NCBI GenBank assembly: GCA_041600575.1
Contig: JBFIJV010000002.1
Span: forward strand, 1 to 40,410
Direction of reading: 5' to 3'
Length of the DNA: 40,410 bases
DNA from: Gammaproteobacteria bacterium
GTDB lineage: Bacteria > Pseudomonadota > Gammaproteobacteria > Eutrophobiales > Eutrophobiaceae
The notes under the pieces were generated by a model that searched no databases, was not told the origin of the DNA, and worked only from the letters and a program-made list of their open reading frames with translations. The translations under genes were made by a program, and so were the position numbers. Shown here one piece after another: positions 35,904 through 40,410 of this stretch (position 1 is its first letter; each line of letters opens with the position of its first letter).

Positions 35904-36512
35904 TTAGTGTAAACCCTGAATATATTCTGCAACGGCTTCAATCTGTGCATTCGTCATGGGGCCAGTAATGGTGCGCATAATATTATTAGCATCATTACTG
36001 CGCTCTTCAGCCTTAAACATCTTCAGCTGTCCAGCTGTGTATTGAGCGTGTTGGCCGCTTAATGCAGGATACAACGCGGCCGGATTACCGGCGCCGTTTG
36101 GTCCATGACAAGCCATGCAGGCAGCTACCCCGGTCTGACTGTCGCCGGCGCGGTAAATTCTTTGTCCTGATTCTATTAAGTCCGGGTTTGCAGAACCAGG
36201 TTTAGTTTTTTTACTCGCATAGTAGGCGCCGAGATCTTGCATATCCTGTTCGCTTAAAGATGCTACCATCGCAGTCATTTGGGCATTGACGCGTTTACCC
36301 GCTTTGAAATCATTTAACTGTTTAACAATGTAGGAGGCATGCTGGCCTGCCAGTTTTGGCCAAATAGGGTTTACGCTATTTCCATCAGCACTATGGCATG
36401 CTGCACAGGTTTGTGAGAGGGCCTTACCTTTAACCGGATCACCCCCGGCAGCATAGCTATTGCCAGAGACAAGCATGAACAAACTAATAACAGTTAAATA
36501 ATACTTTTTCAT
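35904..36512 (-). CDS. Diheme cytochrome c4
   Basis: Signal peptide and two heme sites (CAACHSADG and CMACHGPNG), each with a downstream Met ligand region. The cc4-dsbA arrangement divergent from engB matches Pseudomonas. Confidence 0.9.
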   Translation of the reverse strand: MKKYYLTVISLFMLVSGNSYAAGGDPVKGKALSQTCAACHSADGNSVNPIWPKLAGQHASYIVKQLNDFKAGKRVNAQMTAMVASLSEQDMQDLGAYYASKKTKPGSANPDLIESGQRIYRAGDSQTGVAACMACHGPNGAGNPAALYPALSGQHAQYTAGQLKMFKAEERSNDANNIMRTITGPMTNAQIEAVAEYIQGLH

Positions 36513-36668
36513 AATTTCAGATCCTTAGGTAACAAATATGCCGGGTAGTGATAATAAACTCATAGTATGATCATTTTTATCGCAAGGGTAATTCAAAAGT
36601 AAATAATCTTCAAAACATAAGCTAACAATTTTTAATCTATAAGATAAATCACACTGATTCACGACAAA

Positions 36669-37289
36669 ATGTCTATAAATACTGAAGAAATATTGCCAAA
36701 TGGGTGGTACAGCCGTTTTGAATTTATTAAAGGTGTCGCCGCATTTGACCAGCTTCCGGAGGATGTCGGAGCAGAAGTGGCTTTTGCTGGTCGATCGAAT
36801 GTGGGCAAATCCAGTGTTTTAAATAAAATCACAAACCGTCGTTCACTGGCCAGAACGAGTAAATTACCGGGTAGAACCCGAGAATTGAATTATTTTGCCT
36901 ACGATGAAGATATTCATCTTGTCGATTTGCCCGGATACGGTTACGCGAAGGTCAATGAAACCATGAGAAATGCCTGGGCAAAATTGCTAGAACGTTATTT
37001 ACAAGAAAGACAGTCCTTAAAAGGGGTCTTTTTAATAATGGATATTCGCCATCCAATGGGGAAGTTTGATCAAATAATGCTGGATTATTGTAGGTCTTGC
37101 GATTTGCCATTACACATCCTGTTAAACAAGTCAGACAAGCTCTCTAAAAACGTTGCGAATAAATCAATGTCGGATATTAGAACTCAACTTTCGGATATCA
37201 ACGCCAGTGTTCAGCAGTTTTCGGCTCTGAAAGGGGTTGGATTGGAAGAAGCACGGCAGAAAATGGCAAGCTGGCTATTTTCAGACTAA
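36669..37289 (+). CDS. engB: Ribosome-biogenesis GTPase EngB/YihA
   Basis: G1 motif GRSNVGKSS, G3 motif DLPGYG and G4 motif LNKSDK in a 206 aa protein. Confidence 0.92.
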   Translation: MSINTEEILPNGWYSRFEFIKGVAAFDQLPEDVGAEVAFAGRSNVGKSSVLNKITNRRSLARTSKLPGRTRELNYFAYDEDIHLVDLPGYGYAKVNETMRNAWAKLLERYLQERQSLKGVFLIMDIRHPMGKFDQIMLDYCRSCDLPLHILLNKSDKLSKNVANKSMSDIRTQLSDINASVQQFSALKGVGLEEARQKMASWLFSD

Positions 37290-37311
37290 TTTTACGCAGT
37301 TTAAAAAAGTA

Positions 37312-37415
37312 GCCCCGGGTGATTTCTTTAGGGGAAAGTTATGGCATCCGGGGCCAGAGTTTCCCGGCTGGGGAGAACCGGGTGATCTTTCCTCCCAAGG
37401 GAGGGAGGGAGGAAA
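37312..37415. other. GC-rich multi-hairpin element (unclassified; possible sRNA 3' domain, REP-like element or terminator complex)
   Basis: Three stems: GCCCCGG (37312-18) / CCGGGGC (37348-54); CCCGG (37363-67) / CCGGG (37378-82); TTTCCTCCC (37388-96) / GGGAGGAAA (37407-15). A 9-nt direct repeat CCGGGTGAT occurs at 37315 and 37378. On the minus strand hairpin 1 is followed by TAC-TTTTTT (37311-37303). Confidence 0.4.
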
Positions 37416-37685
37416 AATTTACTACAGAACTTTAGAGTATAGACATTGAAATGAGTTCCAGCCTTTATCCTTTTGTCAACAGAAAATTTACGTTTATGCA
37501 CAGTTTTTATTCAGTTACGATTTGTAATGATACAACATCAGTCGCGATCCCTTGAAGCCAAATAAAAATGGTGTAAGTTACTGATATATTTGTTGATATG
37601 GTTAGGTGGTTAGTTTTTAACAGTTTTGTCACATATGAGATAGCTATGGTCATTGTGGCGTTCTGTGCGCATTACTTCCACAGAG

Positions 37686-37708
37686 TTATCCACAGAAAAT
37701 GTGGATAA
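37686..37708. promoter_or_regulatory. Inverted pair of consensus DnaA boxes (TTATCCACA-N5-TGTGGATAA)
   Basis: TTATCCACA at 37686-37694 and its exact reverse complement TGTGGATAA at 37700-37708. Both match the 9-mer DnaA box consensus TTATNCACA perfectly. Confidence 0.5.
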
Positions 37709-37806
37709 GAAAGTAACCCTGAATCACAGCAATTACTTAGCTTGTTTAATCTAGAAATGGCATGAGGTGTTGTAGTAAATGCTGGGCAGAAAATCACCCG
37801 AAATGC

Positions 37807-39267
37807 TTACTTAACGACCTTTAGCAAAGAACCTTCTGTCGGTTCTCCCATTGGATATTTCCCATTAAGGAGTCGTAATTGTGATTCCGCATGACTCTCC
37901 AATGGGGATTGTTTAGCAAGTTCGACAAATCGAGTTCTGTTATCAGCACGAATAATTTTAAGTCGTAGTGGTTTTGCCATGATTTTTTCATCGTTTGTTA
38001 GAGCATGGAAGCTTTTAGCAGTATCGATAATAGTCCTGTCATAATCGTTCAGGCTCTTGGGTGGCTTGGCCATTCCCGCGATAATATATGCGCGCTGTTG
38101 AAAATAGATTACGGTGAATCGTGCGGCAATACTTCCTTGAGCTGTATTAACTATCGATATGCCAGTATGAGCTGTAAGACCATGGATGGTCAGGGGTGAT
38201 TCATTTTCAAGCTTGGTTAAACCTAGTCGTTGAATCATAAAATCCCTGGGTGATAATTTTTTGTTTAGTTCTTCTGCACTGATCTGGATCAATGCCACAC
38301 CATCAGCAGCGGTGAGCAAAATGCGATCCGGCAGATTAGTCACATTCCACTTCTCTGGAAAACGCATGGCAAACCCGAGGCCTTCATGAAAAAAGTCCGA
38401 GCCACGTAAGATCCCGTCTTTGGGGCTGTCACCAAATACCAGGTTATCGATCAGTGACATATACTCGTCTTTTCCGACAAAATTAGTTGATCCAGCAACG
38501 CTGAGAGATTTTGCTGTCGAGATGACTTCCTGTAAGCGGGTATCGTTGTCTGGGTGTGTGGCAAACACACCATGATAAATTCTTGGCTCGCGTCCTTCAG
38601 CTTTGGCCTGTTCCTTTTCAAATATCTCCTGGTCCTTTAATACCCTGATCACATCCAGCATTGCTTCCGGGTTGTAGTTTGTGCGGGCAAGGTATTCTGC
38701 ACCAAGCTTATCCGCCTCCAGTTCATGCGTTCGTCCATAACCCCTCAACAAAGCGCCGCCCGCAAACTGTACTAATTGATTGGAAGCCTGAGTCATACCC
38801 GGCACAAATATTGAAGTTAAAACAGCACCGATATTAGCCAATTGAGTTGCGCTGTACTGGCGGACTGAATGTCTGGCCGTAACATGCCCGACCTCATGAC
38901 CTAATACGGCAGCGAGTTCTGCTTCAGAGTTTAAATAGGCCATTAACCCACGCGTTATATAAATATAACCGCCGGGTAAGGCAAAGGCATTGACTTCCTT
39001 ACTGTCGAGCACAGTGAAGCGATAGATTAGATTAGAGCGATGACTTTTCCCCGCTAGTTTCTCGCCTACCGTTTGAACATATCTTTGCAAAGCTGGATTA
39101 TCATAAATCGTGTATTGCTGTAGAACCGCTTGATTCGTTTTACGGCCCAGAGCCAGTTCCTCACTTTCACTCATTAATACCAGGTCTTGTTGACCCGTAA
39201 CGGGATTAACGGCACATGCACTAATCTGCAATAACGTGAATAAAAATAATGGAAGGTAATATTTCAT
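37807..39267 (-). CDS. M48-family zinc metalloprotease, predicted lipoprotein, with a C-terminal domain of unknown function
   Basis: HEVGHV (HExxH) with a downstream E..AD motif. Starting at the second Met (39267) gives MKYYLPLFLFTLLQISAC with a lipobox. The ORF-track start is 39291. Confidence 0.85.
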   Translation of the reverse strand: MKYYLPLFLFTLLQISACAVNPVTGQQDLVLMSESEELALGRKTNQAVLQQYTIYDNPALQRYVQTVGEKLAGKSHRSNLIYRFTVLDSKEVNAFALPGGYIYITRGLMAYLNSEAELAAVLGHEVGHVTARHSVRQYSATQLANIGAVLTSIFVPGMTQASNQLVQFAGGALLRGYGRTHELEADKLGAEYLARTNYNPEAMLDVIRVLKDQEIFEKEQAKAEGREPRIYHGVFATHPDNDTRLQEVISTAKSLSVAGSTNFVGKDEYMSLIDNLVFGDSPKDGILRGSDFFHEGLGFAMRFPEKWNVTNLPDRILLTAADGVALIQISAEELNKKLSPRDFMIQRLGLTKLENESPLTIHGLTAHTGISIVNTAQGSIAARFTVIYFQQRAYIIAGMAKPPKSLNDYDRTIIDTAKSFHALTNDEKIMAKPLRLKIIRADNRTRFVELAKQSPLESHAESQLRLLNGKYPMGEPTEGSLLKVVK

Positions 39268-39304
39268 ATTAATAAGTTTAAGACAGGCCATGGAATAAAT
39301 CAGT

Positions 39305-40141
39305 TCAACGTTGGTTTTTCATCAGTTTCAAATCCAGCTGGTGACGAATACGCATACGTAGCTGCCCTTTATGCTGATATAGCCAACCACTAGCCTCGAT
39401 CATTTTATCTTCTAATGAATTTAACAGGCTTTGATCAAAATAAGCTAAATCTTTTTTGGCAATTTTTAGAGCCAGGTTGTTTTCCAGATTAAGCCAAATG
39501 GCCGATCGACTGCTCGTTACTCGTTTTATTTTTCCGATGATGAAATAAAATCCTTTTTCACTGCCGTTAAGTGACGCTATATCGCGTGCCTTGTAGCGAG
39601 GTAAAGCCCAAAGTCCCTGATTTTGTTTTTTAGCGAACTGACCAACCAAATTATAACAGTCTGCATATGACAAGTTTGGTGGAATTCTCAGTGGCATCGC
39701 AAGACCGGATTTGAGCAGTTTGGCCTGTATATTGGTGCCGTCTCTCAGGAACAGATGAGCCAATGTTCTGCCATGACGATCGTAGCGTTCTTGTCCGTAT
39801 AGCAACTGAATGTTTGGTTGGTCTTGCAACAGCTTGATAAGTTTAGTTCGTGCCTTGATTGCACCGGCCTCGGAGGGTTTTTCATTATGGCTTATTTCTG
39901 GTGTATTAATCCCGATCAGGCGGACATGTCTCTCATCCTTTAAAACAACAGTGTCTCCATCGATAACATAATCAATATAAGCTTTCTCATCGAAGTGGGT
40001 ACTTACACAATCTGGATTTAAAAGATCATCAGCATGGCTTGGCAGGCTTATCAAGACTAATGTTAAGGCAATAAAAAAACGCCCATAAAGAGCGTTTTTT
40101 TGAGTGAGTCTGTGAAGCTTCAAATCATTTCGACATGCCAT
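39305..40141 (-). CDS. Secreted thermonuclease (staphylococcal-nuclease-like) family protein with a C-terminal extension
   Basis: SNase core ([24 protein letters not shown] ... [13 protein letters not shown]). Signal peptide ...[18 protein letters not shown]. The ORF-track N-terminus (to 40279) overlaps rpmE and is rejected. The likely start is the ATG at 40141 or the TTG at 40123. Confidence 0.75.
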   Translation of the reverse strand: MACRNDLKLHRLTQKNALYGRFFIALTLVLISLPSHADDLLNPDCVSTHFDEKAYIDYVIDGDTVVLKDERHVRLIGINTPEISHNEKPSEAGAIKARTKLIKLLQDQPNIQLLYGQERYDRHGRTLAHLFLRDGTNIQAKLLKSGLAMPLRIPPNLSYADCYNLVGQFAKKQNQGLWALPRYKARDIASLNGSEKGFYFIIGKIKRVTSSRSAIWLNLENNLALKIAKKDLAYFDQSLLNSLEDKMIEASGWLYQHKGQLRMRIRHQLDLKLMKNQR

Positions 40142-40331
40142 ATTTACGGCGAAACTTATCAACTCGGCCTGCAGTATCGAGCATCTTCTGCTTACCGGTA
40201 TAGAAAGGATGGCATTCAGAGCAAACATCAAGGTAGAGCTCACCGGTATGTGTAGAACGGGTTGTGAAGGTATTGCCACAGCTACATTTTACGGCAACTT
40301 CATCATAACTTGGGTGTATGTCTGCTTTCAT
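40125..40331 (-). CDS. rpmE: 50S ribosomal protein L31 (zinc-binding type A)
   Basis: MKADIHPSY...KCSCGNTF...[15 protein letters not shown] is the canonical L31 sequence, with CxC...CxxC. Confidence 0.95.
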   Translation of the reverse strand: MKADIHPSYDEVAVKCSCGNTFTTRSTHTGELYLDVCSECHPFYTGKQKMLDTAGRVDKFRRKYGMSK

Positions 40332-40410
40332 GTTGTTTTACTCTAATGGTCTAATAGTCAATCAGGGGCGGGGAGTTTAAGACAAAGCGAACCGTTTCGC
40401 AATCCTGTTC

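Noticed and set aside
37397-37412. G-quadruplex in the GGGAGGGAGGGAGG run
   Set aside because: There are only three G3 tracts plus one G2 tract. The run is fully complementary to the upstream TTTCCTCCC and is more simply part of a hairpin.
37237-37449. 70-aa plus-strand ORF spanning the engB 3' end and the GC-rich element
   Set aside because: It overlaps the engB terminus out of frame. Its low-complexity Gly/Pro/Glu-rich translation simply mirrors the GC-rich hairpins, and it has no Shine-Dalgarno. It is better explained as structured non-coding DNA.
37440-37800. Possible chromosomal replication origin (oriC), because of the perfect DnaA boxes
   Set aside because: There are only two strong boxes. 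I found a single GATC in the spacer, and no AT-rich 13-mer-like repeat array. No flanking dnaA, dnaN, mnmG or rpmH context is present. The evidence is insufficient for an origin call.
40142-40279. N-terminal 46 codons of the 324-aa ORF-track model for the nuclease
   Set aside because: This stretch overlaps the conserved rpmE coding sequence on the same strand in another frame. The recognisable signal peptide begins only after this region.
1-40410. Mobile elements, prophage, CRISPR arrays, or tRNA/rRNA genes
   Set aside because: I saw no integrase, transposase or phage-like ORFs, no regularly spaced short repeats, and no tRNA-like T-loop or acceptor patterns in the few intergenic regions long enough to hold one.

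Overview
This is a chromosomal, mostly housekeeping segment of an AT-rich gammaproteobacterium (roughly 40% GC by eye). Gene order such as engB / cytochrome c4-dsbA and hemCDXY resembles Pseudomonas- or Thiotrichales-like genomes. I saw no rRNA, tRNA, CRISPR array, transposase or integrase. Left to right the window holds: the gshB 5' end; hemC-hemD-hemX-hemY; an FNR-type 2Fe-2S reductase; an orphan ParA-like ATPase; phosphoribulokinase; msbA; a tightly packed minus-strand operon pmbA-moxR-DUF58-tgpA-(cNMP-binding GGDEF cyclase) followed by a small unknown gene; uvrD; a SUFU-like protein; an orphan TRAP solute-binding lipoprotein; a membrane-anchored tandem cytochrome c5; an OmpR-type two-component system; an operon of 8 contiguous genes, possibly extending to 10, for predicted membrane-lipid modification (desaturase, FAD oxidoreductase, DUF1365, CFA-synthase-like methyltransferase, DUF2878, DUF1295, DUF1475-like, a secreted protein, then an SDR-like protein and a GATase1 after a 58-nt gap); DUF1289; purK-purE; photolyase; two tandem 24-codon pqqA genes that the ORF track missed; dsbA; cytochrome c4; engB; a 517-bp convergent intergenic region; an M48 lipoprotein protease; a secreted SNase-like nuclease; and rpmE. 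Four things deserve a second look. First, the orphan duplicated PqqA precursor module has a near-consensus sigma-54 promoter and an upstream palindrome. Second, the lipid-modification operon is preceded by helically phased TTCACA direct repeats next to the two-component system. Third, a cyclic-nucleotide-gated diguanylate cyclase is fused into the MoxR/DUF58/TgpA operon. Fourth, the engB-M48 spacer carries a GC-rich multi-hairpin element and a perfect inverted pair of consensus DnaA boxes. All family assignments come from motif and sequence recognition by eye; no database search was run.
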